In this document: positions 27,986-41,092 of the stretch, piece by piece
Position numbering within the stretch: the stretch's first letter is position 1
Layout of the letters: every line of letters starts with the position of its first letter
Assembly (NCBI RefSeq): GCF_039654945.1
Contig: NW_027361869.1
Coordinates: forward strand, 7,006,001-7,070,000
DNA: 64,000 bases
Source of the DNA: Dendrobates tinctorius
Taxonomy: Eukaryota
Direction of reading: 5' to 3'
Notes under the pieces: generated by a model
Seen by the model: only the letters and a program-made list of their open reading frames with translations
Databases searched by the model: none
What the model was told of the DNA's origin: nothing
Position numbers and translations under genes: made by a program

Positions 27986-30718
27986 ATGGGCAACAAACAA
28001 GGAGAATTGGAACTACTAACACAGGAAAAGAAATATGATGTCATTGGAATCACTGAAACTTGGTGGGACGATACACATGATTGGAATACAAGACTAGAAG
28101 GATACAACTTATTTGCAAGAAACAGACTTGATAAACGAGGAGGAGGTGTTGCATTGTATGTTAGAAACGCGTATATCTGCACAGAGATTGAAGCTTCAGA
28201 GACTGGGAGATCTGTGGAAACTGTTTGGGTAAGAATACAAGGACAGAACAATGGAAAGGACACCATTGTAGGCATTTACTACAGGCCGCCTGTGCAAGCT
28301 GAAGATATGGATGAACTCTTTATGCATCAAATGGCCAAGTTCTCCAAAAAATATGACATAGTTGTCATGGGAGATTTCAACTATCCAGACATTTGTTGGG
28401 AATCTCTCTCAGGCAAAACTAACAGGTCAAGGAAATTCTTATCCTCTCTTGCTGACAACTTTATCTTCCAAAAGGTAGGGGAGAAAACAAGGGGAACTGC
28501 TACCTTGGATCTAATCCTTATAAACAGGGAGGAAATGGTTGAGGAGGTAAAAGTGGCTGGAACCCTAGGAGGTAGCGACCATGCTATTTTAGAATTTTGG
28601 ATAACTAGAGGCGGAAGACCTGTGAAGACTCAGACGTCAAGGTTAGATTTCAGAAAGGCAGATTTTAAGGGATTCAGAAAGATAATTGGAGGGATCCAAT
28701 GGCTGGATATCCTTAAAGACAAAAATGTCCAGGAAGGATAGGAAATCTTGAAAAATGAAATTCTCAAAGCACAGTTGTTAACAATTCCGAAAAGAGGGAA
28801 GAATAGGAAGCATTTAAGGAAACCAGGATGGGTGAACACAGAACTAAAGCACATGCTAAAAAGGAAGAAAAAAATGTTTATAAAATGGAAAGAGGGAGGC
28901 ATATCTAAAGAAGAATATAATGCTGTCTGCAGAATCTGCAGGGCACAAATCAGATTAGCTAAAGCTAAAAATGAATTGAGGCTTGCAAGAGATGTCAAAA
29001 GCAATAATAAAGGATTTTGGGGATATGTCAAAAGTAAAAGAAAAGTCAAAGATGCTATAGGATTTTTACAGGATGAAAATGATGAAATGGTAAGACAGGA
29101 TGTTGAGAAGGCTGAACTTTTAAATTCCTATTTTGCATCTGTTTTCTCTCAGAAAGGAAATGTAACACCAACTGTTATTCACTGTCCTATTAAGGGAATA
29201 GAAGAATCCAGGATATCTATAAACAGAAAGATAGTGAGGAAACACTTAGCTAACCTAAATGAATTCAAGTCTCCAGGTCCAGATGAATTACACCCCAGAG
29301 TACTGAAGGAGATAGCAGAAGAAATTTCTGAACCACTCTCCATAATCTTTGAAAATTCTTGGAGAACAGGAGAAGTGCCAGAAGACTGGAGAAGAGCAAA
29401 TGTTGTTCCTATCTTCAAAAAGGGGAAGAAGGTGGACCCAGGCAACTATAGGCCGGTGAGTCTGACTTCTATACCAGGAAAGATCTTTGAACAAATTATT
29501 AAACAACATGTAAGTCAATACCTGGATAAGAATGAAGTGATCAAACAGAGTCAGCATGGGTTTGTAACTAATAAGTCATGTCAGACTAACTTAATTTCCT
29601 TCTATGACGGTATCACTGATTGGGTGGATCAAGGAAATGCTGTAGATATAGTATATCTTGACTTCAGCAAAGCATTTGACAAAGTCTCTCATACAATCCT
29701 TATTGAAAAAATGACTAAGTATGGAATGGACAAGGCAACTGTTAGGTGGATTCATAGCTGGCTTAGTGATCGGACCCAAAGAGTGGTCGTAAATGGCTGC
29801 ACATCCAGTTGGAAGAATGTCTCAAGTGGGGTACCACAGGGCTCTGTCCTCTGCCCTGTATTGTTCAACATCTTTATCAACGATTTAGATGAAGGAATTG
29901 AGGGTAAACTGATTAAATTTGCTGATGACACAAAGCTAGGAGGGATAGCTAATACTAGAGAAGAGAGAGAGAGGATTCAAAAAGATTTAAATAAACTGGA
30001 GAAGTGGGCAGTAACTAACAGAATGGTTTTTAACAGGGAGAAATGCAAAGTACTACATCTGGGCAATAAAAATGAAAAAAGCATATATAGAATGGGAGGA
30101 ATAGGGCTAAGTGACAGCACATGTGAAAAAGACTTGGGTATACTAATAGATCACAGACTGAATATGAGTCAACAGTGTGATGCAGCAGCAAAAAAGGCAA
30201 ATGCAGTTCTAGGATGTATTAACAGAAGCATACAGTCTAGATCACGTGAAGTCATTATTTCCCTCTACTCCTCTTTGGTCAGACCTCATCTGGAATATTG
30301 TGTCCAGTTTTGGGCACCACATTTTAAAAAAGACATCAACAAACTGGAGCAAGTTCAGAAAAGAGCGACTAGAATGGTGACCGGTCTGCAAACCCTGTCT
30401 TATGAGGAAAGGTTGCAGGATTTGGGAATGTTTAGTTTGCAAAAGAGAAGACTGAGAGGAGACTTAATTGCTGTCTACAAATATCTAAAGGGCTGTCACA
30501 TTGTAGAAGGATCAACTTTATTCTCATTTGCACAAGGAAAGACTAGAAGCAATGGGATGAAACTGAATGGGAGGAGACAAAGATTAGATATTAGAAAAAA
30601 CTTTTTGACAGTTAGAGTGATCAATGAGTGGAACAGGCTGCCACGAGAAGTGGTGAGTTCTCCTTCAATGGAAGTCTTCAAACAGAGGCTGGACAGACAT
30701 CTGACTGGGATGATTTAG
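27986..30718 (+). pseudogene. CR1 ORF2 (APE endonuclease and RT) with an in-frame TAG at 28739-28741
   Basis: GITETWW, MGDFNYPD, GGSDH; [22 protein letters not shown]. Confidence 0.93.
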
Positions 30719-30933
30719 CGAATCCTGCTTTGAGCAGGGGGTTGGACCAGATGGCCCAGGAGGTCCCTTCCAACTCTACGATTCTATGATTCTATGATTG
30801 CATCACTCTATGATTTGTTACAAAGGGAAGCATTGATGTAACGAGCCATATATGTTGTATTGGTGAATATTTTTCTTTCTATTCACAGGGGTGACAGCGG
30901 GACCCAGTATGTAACTGGTGGAACCAGTATGAG

Positions 30934-31417
30934 ATGATGAAGAGTGCCCAGGATTCAAGGATAAACCTAGAGGAGCAAATGCAGAGCTCGGTGTGGACCC
31001 AGATCCGGTCCCTATTCCCTTCTAACCTCGATGAGTTTCTGCATCAGCTGGGCCCGGAGGTGGACGGGGCCATTGTCATGTGTGTGAACGAGGCAGCAGC
31101 CTGCGTCTATACGTGTGATCTGGGCCGGTGTGGACACCTGGGGGAGATGATTATGGACTATAGCTGGGAGAAGCTGAATGGCCGTAACTGGAGGGACATG
31201 TCCCGGGACTGGAGGATTGCGTATTCTTATGGCTGCCTGTTTAAAGTGGTCGGGCATTGTGGGGAGCCGGTATTCAGTAAGGACGAGGTTCTGCGGGTGT
31301 GTGACATGTCATTGCTCCTGGGAGCTGAGATCATGGACAATGTGATAAGTAAAATAATCCAAATATTGAGGGATTCGCTCTCCAAGGACTCTGTGCGGCC
31401 TCCAAAGTCCACAACAG
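30934..31417 (+). CDS. KDM8: KDM8/JMJD5 first coding exon (exon 30889-31417)
   Basis: MDYSWEKLN...WRIAYSYGCLFK...LRVCDMSLLLGA matches the KDM8 N-terminus; acceptor TTCACAG ends 30888, donor GTAATT at 31418 (phase 1). Confidence 0.9.
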
Positions 31418-31769
31418 GTAATTCATCCATGGGTAATGTGGAGTCAGTGGGAAGCACCTAGCTGCATGCCGTCACCTACTCAGATGGGAAGCCTTTGTAA
31501 AGAATTATCCCTAATAATTGAGGGTCCCGTCTCTGAAACCCTTTTCCGTTTGAAGAACATAAGTCCCAGAGCAGGCGCTCTTACCATGTGGATCCATGGG
31601 GAGTGCGAACTCTTTACATAACAGTAGTCAATATGGATGACCACAGCTATGGCGGAGCCTTTGCAACTTGACTTATCAGCAGCCATGTAAGAGTTGGGGC
31701 CCCCAATTTTTTAGGTGGGATGTACTGTGCTGCCATGCCATGAACGCTAGTGATATGATTATTCTTTTC

Positions 31770-32450
31770 TAACCCCCCCCCCAGAGGCCACTTTCCAAGA
31801 GCCAAGTACATTTTTATTTAATTTTTTTAATTTCATGTAATTTTTTTTTATCCGTCAATACAAATATATGAGGGCATGATTTTTTTTGCAGGACAAATTG
31901 AAGTTTTAAATGACACCGGAAAAAAAGGAAAAAAAAAGTGTAATGGTAGCGGAGAGGAAACAAAAAATCCACCATTGGTTTTATTTTTACAGCATTCATT
32001 TTGCGGTGATATGATTCTCCGTGTGACTGTGGCGATACCATCCTTCTAAGTGGAATATATTATTTCTTTTATTTCTTTTGAAATTTCTGACTTTGTAAGG
32101 TTGGATTGTGTCGCCATTTTCTGACCAGTAACTTTTGTTCCTATGGATGGAGCTGCAGGACAACTTGCTTTTTGCGTGTAGAGCTGTAATTTTTATGGGT
32201 GACATTTTAGGGTACATAAACCATTGTTATCTTTTTTGGGCAGGGACGAGTGCAGCGACTGGCGCTGATTCTGGGTTAAAAGCATTGTGTGATGGGCCGA
32301 CGTGCGGCTGATCGGAAGCCCGCACACTGTTCAAACTGTTTTAAATGCCGTTGTTGGAAATTAGTAACGGCATTTAAGGGGTTAAACAGCAGCGAACGGA
32401 GCTAGTTTGTTCGCTGCTTTTAGCGGCTCGTGGGTGATTAAGGGGTTAAA
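31770..32450. mobile_element. Degenerate non-autonomous TTAA-type DNA transposon remnant
   Basis: TAACCCC... and ...GGGGTTAA termini with AT-rich interior. Confidence 0.35.
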
Positions 32451-32878
32451 GGAGCATGCCTATCTGATACATGAAGACCTATGACAACCAGTGGGACCCA
32501 CAGCTCCGTCCTGAAAAATAAAAGGGCATACAGCTCTAAATAGGTACTATTGCCGCTCAACCGGTTTTCCCGCTGCAGTATTATGGCCACACACTCTGCA
32601 GGGGAGCGGAAGCATAGCTTTATTCAAGGGGAAGGGGGCTGCAATTCTCTGCACGGCAAGTGCAGTAACTCCCCTTCATCCTCTTTTGGAGGGGATCTCA
32701 GAGGTCCAGCCCCCTTCAATCATAAATAGATGGCATTTTCTGGTATGTCCACTATGACACCCCATGATTTCTAGTTACGTCCTTAGACAACCCTGGATGT
32801 AATTGGTCCCCATGGCCATAAACTTTTTTTTTTTTTGAAAAGTTAAATGGTACAGTTGAAAAAATACACGTTTATTAA

Positions 32879-34143
32879 CAGCGTCGGACTGGTGCACCTT
32901 GGAACCCAAGAAGGATTTTCTATGGTGTGCCGACTATGTAGCTGCATAAAAATAAATACAAAACCACCAATTGTGCGGTAAAACACGCTAATATCAGGGT
33001 ATAATATAAGGTAGTACACATCTTAATGATATAGCAGCTGTTGGAGTAGCCCCCTCATAGAATATAATGCAGCCCTCATAAGGTATAATGTAGCCATCCC
33101 CATATAATATAATGCAGCCCCACTAATATAGTATAAAGCAGCCACCTCACAGGGTATAATGAAGTTTCTCCCCCCTAGAATATAATGTAGACCTCTCATA
33201 CACTATAAAGCAGCGCCAGAGAATATAATGTAGCCCCCCTCTATAAAATGTAATGTAGCCCCTTCATATAGTATAATGCAGCCTCCCCATAGATTATAAT
33301 GTAGCCCCCTCATTGGGTATAATGCAGCCTCCCCATAGCATATAATGTAGCCCCCTCCATAGAATATAATGCAGCCTCCCCATAGAATATAATTGAATAT
33401 AATGCAGCCCCCCACCATAGAATATAATATAGCCCCCTCATAGGGTATAACGCAGCCCCCCCCTCCATAGAATGTAATGTAGCCCCCTCATAGAGTATAA
33501 TGCAGCCTCCCCCTCCATAGAATATAATGCAGCCCCCCTTCTATAGAATATAATATAGCCCCCTGCACAGTATTATGACCATCAGTACTCACTCACTAGT
33601 TTATATAGCAAACAATAGGTTCAATACTCATCTCTCCTCCTCGTTCCCCCCGCTGATCCCGGTCTGTTTCCGTCTCAGCAGCTGTACTGTAGTCTGCCCG
33701 ACACACAGCGGTTACACGATGAAGGGACGTGATCGCGCATCAGCTGTGTCAGAGGGGAATGATGGGAGAGGGGAGCGTTATCTGACGCGCTCTCCTCCAT
33801 TATTGCTTTCAGTTGTATTGGCATCTGCCGATATAGTGGAATGCTGGGGAGCAGCAGCGGGTGGCAGGAGGCAGGCGCGTGAAAAGGAGAGAATATTCAC
33901 TGCTCTTGAGCATCGGGCACAGGCTTTAGCCGCAGCAATCTGCCCCTGTCACCTTTTGCTCCAACGGCAGCGGGTTCTCCTGACTCGTGCCTTATTGCAG
34001 CTGTGTAGTGTGCCGCTATTGGAGACAAGCCACTGACTGGGGCAGCGGGGGTCCTAGGCAGCTGCCGACCTTGTATGCCAGCAAATGTCAGTGCCTGGGC
34101 CCACCGGAGAATCCTCTTGTTCTCCGATGAGCCAGTCCGAACC
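32879..34143. mobile_element. Non-autonomous DNA transposon with an internal minisatellite (~33050-33565)
   Basis: Inverted ends TCGGACTGG...CCAGTCCGA; TATAATGCAGCCCCC repeats inside. Confidence 0.6.
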
Positions 34144-34204
34144 TCTTTATTAATTTCAGTTGAGGGATGGGAAAGAAAAAAGGGAAGGGGTTACGGTGCA
34201 TAAA

Positions 34205-34423
34205 TAAATGGGGTTATCCTGGACTTTCTATTTATTTTTTCTATTGTGAAGCTAAGATCTTGCAGGTAGTTGCTGATTACCTGCCTGTTCAGTCTGCTGG
34301 AAATCTTTGCCGTCTCAGAGTGGTCCGTTACCGCTATGAGCCGGCGCCGGGTAGAACAGGCCTGTTACTACTTACACTCATAGTACAAAAAAGAAATGAA
34401 ACAGACTTTGATAACCCCTTTAA
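34205..34423. mobile_element. T2/Kolobok-like MITE
   Basis: Inverted ends GGGGTTATC...GATAACCCC followed by TTTAA. Confidence 0.5.
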
Positions 34424-35235
34424 TGCAGCATGGTCCAGGCAGAAGTGCCCCCTTGTGGTGTCTTATTTATTTACATCATATTTTCCTTCTCTTCTCAAGA
34501 CTTAAATTATTTTAATCTTTCATCATAGTTAATATCCCCCATGCCTCTTATCAGTTTTGTGGCTCTTCTTTTTTTACCTTGGCTATTCTTTCTCTGAACT
34601 GGCGCTAAAGGCTATGCTCACACATTGTATTTTTTACAGGATTTTTTTTTTTTTTTAATGGAAATTAAGATCTTCACAGTACTAGCAAAAGCTATGAAAT
34701 CTCAGAAATCTTATGCACACACTTGCTTTTTTTTTTGCCCTGACTCAATTGGAAAACTGCCGCTTTAAAAAAAAAAAAAATCTGTAGCGTGTCAATTCTT
34801 TTTACCATAGAAAGCAACAAGAGAGTGCAAAAAAGACACAACCGTGTGTTTTTGGTGAATAAAACTAACTTTATGAAACATGTACTGTAGACAAATGACA
34901 GCTGTAATGTGCAGCAAGAATGCATCAGAAACACACCAAATCCTGCCTTTTGTAAGAAGTGTCTTTGCTGCCAAGAGATCTTATTTTGCCTGCAGAAAGA
35001 AAACACAGCAAAAGCATGCGATCATAGTCTAAAACCTAGTAAACTTGTGATATCCTGTCCCTGTCTCGCGAGTCCATGCCCCCTTTAATACATGACAATA
35101 TAATGCTACTTGACATTGCAAGTTATATAGCCTGTGATCCACAAATAAATCCAGATCCTTCTCTTCCAGTGACTCTCCTAATTTTACTGTCCCATACATT
35201 CAGATCCTTCTGTACCAGAGATTCTCCTAGTCTTA

Positions 35236-35884
35236 AGCTGGAGTCACACATAGCGACTTACCAGCGATCCCGACAACGATATCAACGTGTCAGGATCGCT
35301 GGTGAGTCGCTATGTGATCGCTGGTGATCTGTCAGACAGCTTCACCAGCGATTAGTACAGCGACGCCGAGCGCGCGGCATCACTGTGTTCGTTAGAGCTG
35401 ATGAAATATTCATGTCAAAAATAAATTAAAATAAAAAAATATTGTTATTCTCACCTTCCGACGTCCCGCGCAGCCTTCCCGTCTCTCTCCACGCTCCGGT
35501 CCCAGTAATCCTTTGCGAGAATTATCGCGATGACGTCCGTTCTCGCTGGATGGCAAAGTCTCACGGTCATTCTTGCAAAGGATTACTGGGACCGGAGCGT
35601 GGAGAGAGGCGGGAAGACTGCGCGGGACGCCGGAAGGTGAGAATAACAATATTTTTTATTTTTTTTTCATTTCACCTGATCGCTGGTCTCCCGCCTGTCA
35701 CACGCAGCGATGCGTGCTGGCCAGCAGGAGATCAGCGACGAAAAAAATGTCCAGAGGTTTCTTGCAGCGATCAGCGATACCGGCAGGGGGGCTGGTCGCT
35801 GATCGCTGTCACACACGGCGATCTCGCTGGTGAGATTGCTGTTGTGTCACAAAAGTTGTGACTAAGCTGTGTGTGACGGGGCCC
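35236..35884. mobile_element. Harbinger-type foldback MITE inside a minisatellite
   Basis: TTA target duplication (35233, 35885); GTCACAC/GTGTGAC ends; internal inverted repeat (ORFs 35410- and 35442+ nearly identical). Confidence 0.78.
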
Positions 35885-36328
35885 TTACTCCCTCCTACAC
35901 CCAAATCCTTCTCTACCAGTGACTCTCCTAATTTTTCTCTCCCCTACATCCAGATCCTTCCCTACCAGTAACTCTTCTAGTTTTACTCCCTTGCACATCC
36001 AGATTCTTGTCTACCAGTGACTCACCTAATTTTACCCCCCCCCCATATTGTTAGTGCCCAAGTTCAAAACTTTACATTTCTCCACATTGAATCTCATCTG
36101 ACAATTGGATGCCCAAAAATCTAGTTTGTCCAAGCAGCTTATGAACATCTTGCATAGATGGCCCTATACCACATAGTGTGATTTGCAAAAATAAAAAGAT
36201 GACTAATTCTGTCTTCAGGTAAAACTTTTTTTGTTATTTTATTTTCAAGTTTAACTTAAATCTGATCCATCTTGGTGAAACTTTTCATCTGTTTGTTCAT
36301 TTGCTGATATTTCCTTCCTCTCTTTCAG

Positions 36329-36411
36329 TCCTGACCCACAGAAGACAGAAACGTCTGAGAGATACTCAAGGGCATCGGGTGGATGTGGAACCAAACGGCC
36401 AAATCCCAGAG
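36329..36411 (+). CDS. KDM8: KDM8 second coding exon (83 nt)
   Basis: Pyrimidine tract and CAG acceptor, GT donor; joins the phase-1 exon upstream to the phase-0 exon downstream in frame (VLTHRRQKRLRD...QIPE). Confidence 0.7.
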
Positions 36412-36424
36412 GTAGTTTTTCTTA

Positions 36425-37563
36425 GGGTGGTCTCACACGTCCAGATAATTCCGGTACCGGAAAAAACGTTATCGGAGCTGGCCGTGTGTCCATGTGGATA
36501 TGTGGTACCTCCATGTGGCAACCGTGTGCCACATCAGGACCACACAGGAGGCCACCGGGGAAGAAGTGCTACAGTAAGCGCTGTTCCCCAGCGGCTGGTG
36601 CTGAACGCGGCTGTCATTGTTCTCTCCTGCTCTGCTGGCAACAGCGAGCAGGAGAGAAGAATGAATGAAAACCCTGACGTTGGGCCCCCCTCTGTTTGTA
36701 AACCAAGCCGGCAAAACTCACAGCGGGGGGCTGCTATTCTGAGGCTTGTAAGAGGCCATTGATCTTGGCCCCCCCAGCATAAAAACAGCAGCCCACAGCT
36801 GCCCAGAAAAGGCGCATTTATTAGATGCTCCTCTTCTGGAGCTTTGTCAGGTTCTTCCCACTTGCTCTGTAGTGGTGGCAAATGGGGTCATAAGGGGTTA
36901 ATATCACCTTTCTATTGTAAGGTGACATTAAGCCCGGATTAGTAATGGAGAGGTGTCAATAAGACACCTCTCCATTACTAATCCTATTTGTAAGAAAAGG
37001 GTTAAATAAACACACACAATTAGAGCAAAGTATTTTAATGAAAAAATACACTACACACATTGTTTAAAGCTTTATTATACTCCTAATTCCATATCGACGC
37101 CATCGTTCTGTAAAAAAGTGTAAAATAATAAACTAACAATATCCCATACCTGTCCCACAATTAGTCAAGTCTCATGGCGTAAATCCATCTCAGGGGTTAA
37201 TCAATTTACTGGCGGAGTGATGCTAATGCGACCGCTCGGACTGTAAACTACTGGGGAATGAATGGTAGCAGCCGGCGCATGCTCATTAACTAGCAGTGAC
37301 GTCAACGCTCATCACTGCGCCCGCTGCTTCCATTTACAGTGTGAACTGTTCTCCGTGTGCCGTGTTCAGCACGTTTTGCGGACTGTGCGCTCCCACAAGC
37401 ACTGACATGTCTCCATGTTTTACACACAGACCGTGCGTCCGTGAAAACACGCTGACATGTGCAGAGACATTTTCATGTTAATGTGTCTACGTGTGTCAGT
37501 GTCTCCGGTACGTGAGGAAACTGTCACTACACGGACCGGAGCCACTGACGTGTGAAACTGACC
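36425..37563. mobile_element. Harbinger-type non-autonomous transposon
   Basis: TTA duplication at 36422 and 37564; ends GGGTGGTCTCACACGTC and GACGTGTGAAACTGACC. Confidence 0.78.
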
Positions 37564-37794
37564 TTAGAGATTAGACATATTTGTTTGTGAGATGTTGTAG
37601 TTTGTTAAAACTGTCTCTGTTCCTTCCAGCCAATCACAGATCAGCTTTGATTTTTCTAAATCTGTTTAAAAAAACAAAATGGAAGCTGATCTCTGGTTGC
37701 TATGGGAAACGGAGACCATTATAATAAATGAGTCCCAATGTGTGTTTTATAGAAGATGGTGGCGTAACAATCTTATGGTTATTTCTCTGTGCAG

Positions 37795-37955
37795 AAAATA
37801 CCCCGTCCACTCTCCCCGGTCCTGTGTGCCGATACCACAATTCCTACAGTGCGCTGCCCCTCACTGGAACACTTCAGGCGCAATTACCTGATACCCCAGA
37901 AAGCTGTAATATTGGATGGGGTCATCGATCACTGGCCATGCATGAAGAAATGGAG
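37795..37955 (+). CDS. KDM8: KDM8 third coding exon
   Basis: KIPRPLSPVLCADTTIPTVRCPSLEHFRRNYLIPQKAVILDGVIDHWPCMKKW(S) matches KDM8 PSLQHFR..PVIL.GV.DHWPCM.KWS; GCAG acceptor and GTAAG donor. Confidence 0.93.
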
Positions 37956-38528
37956 GTAAGATGGTACATCGGGGTGTAAGGAGCAGGCCCAGCAGCGTAG
38001 AGTGCTATGTACATGGCGGGTGTCAATTAACTTGCTCTGAATGCTGCTGTTAACCATTTAGATGCACCTTTAATTTCTGAAAGACGAGTTTAAATCGTTA
38101 CCATCTGTGTGAGTGGTAGTTCAGACTCTCATCCCCTCCATTCACCCTACCCGCAACCCTGAAAGCCTTTGTCACCGCCATCTTCGGCCTCGTGGGAAGC
38201 CCTGTCTGCGGTGGGGTTATAGGAGACCAGTAGTTTCCAAGTGTACTGAAAAGCAGGGCTGTGGAGTCGGTAAACCAAACCTGCGACTCCGACTCCTCAA
38301 TTTCCCTTACACCGACTCTGACTCCGACTCCCACATATATTGCTTGTATTTAAGTGAAAAATTTATTGTAGTACAATGTGAACATCAGACATTTAATCAT
38401 TTTTATGATACAATGATCAAGATATTTAGATAGAACATAATATATATTTATTAGAATACAACTTTAGAACACAAAAAACGAATACATTGTAAATATGCAA
38501 TACACTATGTAATATCGATTTTATACAT

Positions 38529-38589
<61 letters not shown>

Positions 38590-38600
<11 letters not shown>

Positions 38601-39388
38601 AACAGAATGCAGCAGCACATGTACGTGAATTCAGGCCATGTGAAAACACAGAAAAACATTATAACGATTCAATTTAGATAATCCTCAAAAATATTTTGTT
38701 CAAAAAAACATTTTTTTTACTTAAAGTAATATAAAAATGAAGGTTCTTAGTGCACAAATTGGCCAATTCATGTAAGCCCATCAACCACGGCAAGGTGACC
38801 TCCCCTGATGGGTCCCTGCTCTTCCGTACATAAGCCACTTCTGGGCCACCAGCCTACAATTTTGGACAAACATGTCACTACCGGGCTAAGCCTACAATTT
38901 ATGGGCAGGTATAGCTGATTGCGGCCACCTGCAAGGCCAATGGGAGGGGTGCAAGATCAGGCTAGAGGCAGCTAGCATCCAGCAACTAAATAGAAAAAAA
39001 AAAAACCTGACCAGCACCTCCTATTGTGAACATGTGCAAGCTGCAAAAACTGCACAATATAGAGAAAAAGGCTGGTGGCCCAGAAGTGGCTTATGTACGG
39101 TAGAGCAGGGACCCATCAGGGGAGGTCACCTTGCCGTGGTTGGTGGGCTTACATGAATTGACCAATTTGTGCACTAAGAACCTTCATTTTTATATTACTG
39201 TAAATAAAAAAAAAAAAAAATGGTTTTTGAAAAAAATATTTTTGAGGATTATTATCTAAATTGAATGGTTATAATGTTTTTCAGTGTTTTCACATGGCCT
39301 AGATTCATGTACATGTGCTGCTGTATTCTTTTTCTCTATATTGTGCAGTTTTTGCAGCTTGCACGTGTTCACACTAGGAGGTGCTGGT

Positions 39389-39391
<3 letters not shown>
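38590..39391. repeat. Permuted inverted-repeat element between (TA)n tracts
   Basis: 38590-38855 is inverted at 39069-39325; 39007-39068 is inverted at 39325-39391. Confidence 0.8.
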
Positions 39392-39428
<37 letters not shown>

Positions 39429-39457
39429 GTATAATATATATATATATTATACACACA

Positions 39458-41017
39458 CAGTGGCATGCAAAAGTTTACGCACCCCTGGTCAAAATTACTG
39501 TTATTGTGAACAGTTAAGCAAGTTGAAGATAAAATGATCTCTAAAAGGCCTAAAGTTAAAGATGACACATTTGTTTTGTATTTTAGGCTAAAAAGTAATA
39601 CACATTAGTAATTTTTAAAATGTGAAAAAATGACAAACGAAAAATGGTCCGATGCTAAAGTTTGGGCACCTTTGGAGATTTGTGTGCTCAGATAACTTTG
39701 ACCAAGGTTTCTGACCTTAATTAGCCTGTAAGGGATATGGCTTGTTCACCCTCAATGTTAGGAAAGGCCAGCTGATGCAGATTCCACAGGTTTAGAAACA
39801 CATAGCCTCCTCCAACCTTGTGCGAAAAAACAGCCACCATGGGTTCTTTTAAGCAGCTGCCTAGCACTCTGAAAATGAAAATGGTGGAGGCCCACAAAGC
39901 AGGAGAAGGCTATAAGAAGATAGCAAAGCGTTTTCAAAACAGTGGAGGTCAAGATAAGGTCTGGAAGGCCAAGCAAAATTTCAGAGAGAGCTGCTTGTAG
40001 GATTGCTAGAAAGGCATATCAGAACCCCCACTTCACTGCAAAAGACCTTCAGATAGATTTAGCAGATTCTGGAGTTGTGGTAATTGTTCTACTGTTCAGA
40101 GGCACCTTATCAAATATGGCCTTCATGGAAGAGTCATCAGAAGAAAACCTCTCCTGCACCCTCACCATACAATTTAGCATCAGAAGTATGCAAAAGAACA
40201 TCTAAACAAGCCCAATGCATTTTAGAAACAAGTCCTGTGAATCGTTGAAGTTAAAATAAAACTCTTTGGTCGCAATGATCAAAGGTATGTGCAGAGAAAA
40301 AATTGCATAGAATTTCAGGAAAAGAACATCTCTCCAACCATTAAGCATGGGGATGGATCAATCATGCTTTGGAGTTGTGTTGCAGACAATGGCACAGGGA
40401 GCATTTCACAGGTAGAGGGAAAAATGGCATCAATAACAAATTCTTGATGCAAACATAACACCATGTGTAAAAAAAAAAGCTGAATTTGAAAACAGGATGG
40501 CTTCTACAAATGGATAATGATCACACACATCAAAATCCACAATAGACTACCTCAAAAGGCGATAGCTAGAGGTTTTTCTATGGCCCTCACAGTCCCCCGA
40601 TTCGATCATCATTGAAAATCTGTGGCTAGCCCTCAAAATAGCAGTGCATGCAAGACGACCCAGGAATCTCACAGAAATGGAAGAATTTTCCAAGGAAGAA
40701 TGGATGAAAATCCATCAAACAAGAATTGAAAGACTCTTGGCTGGCTACTAAAAGCGTTTACAAGCTGTGATATTTTTAAAAGGGAGTGCTACTAGGTACT
40801 AACTATGCAGGATGCCCAAACTTTTGCATTGGCCTATTTTCCTTATTGTAATTTTTAAAATGTAAAAAATGACAATATATAATTTTTTTGGCCTAAAATA
40901 CAGAGAAAATGTGTCATCTTTAACTTTAGCCCTTTTAGAGATCATTCCATCTTCAACTTGCTTAACTGGTTACAATAACAGTAATTTTGACCAGGGATGC
41001 CCAAACTTTTAAATGCC

Positions 41018-41021
<4 letters not shown>
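39458..41021 (+). mobile_element. Tc1/mariner element with long IR/DR-type TIRs and decayed transposase
   Basis: CAGTGGCAT...ATGCCACTG ends with ~200-bp inverted repeats; GEGYKKIAKRF, RSGRPSKIS and WPSQSPD remnants. Confidence 0.9.

Positions 41022-41092
<71 letters not shown>

Larger units (their letters stand above)
24021..30798 (+). mobile_element. Near full-length CR1 LINE
   Basis: 5' monomers, ORF1, ORF2 and the CR1-typical (ATTCTATG)n tail at ~30781-30798. Confidence 0.95.
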
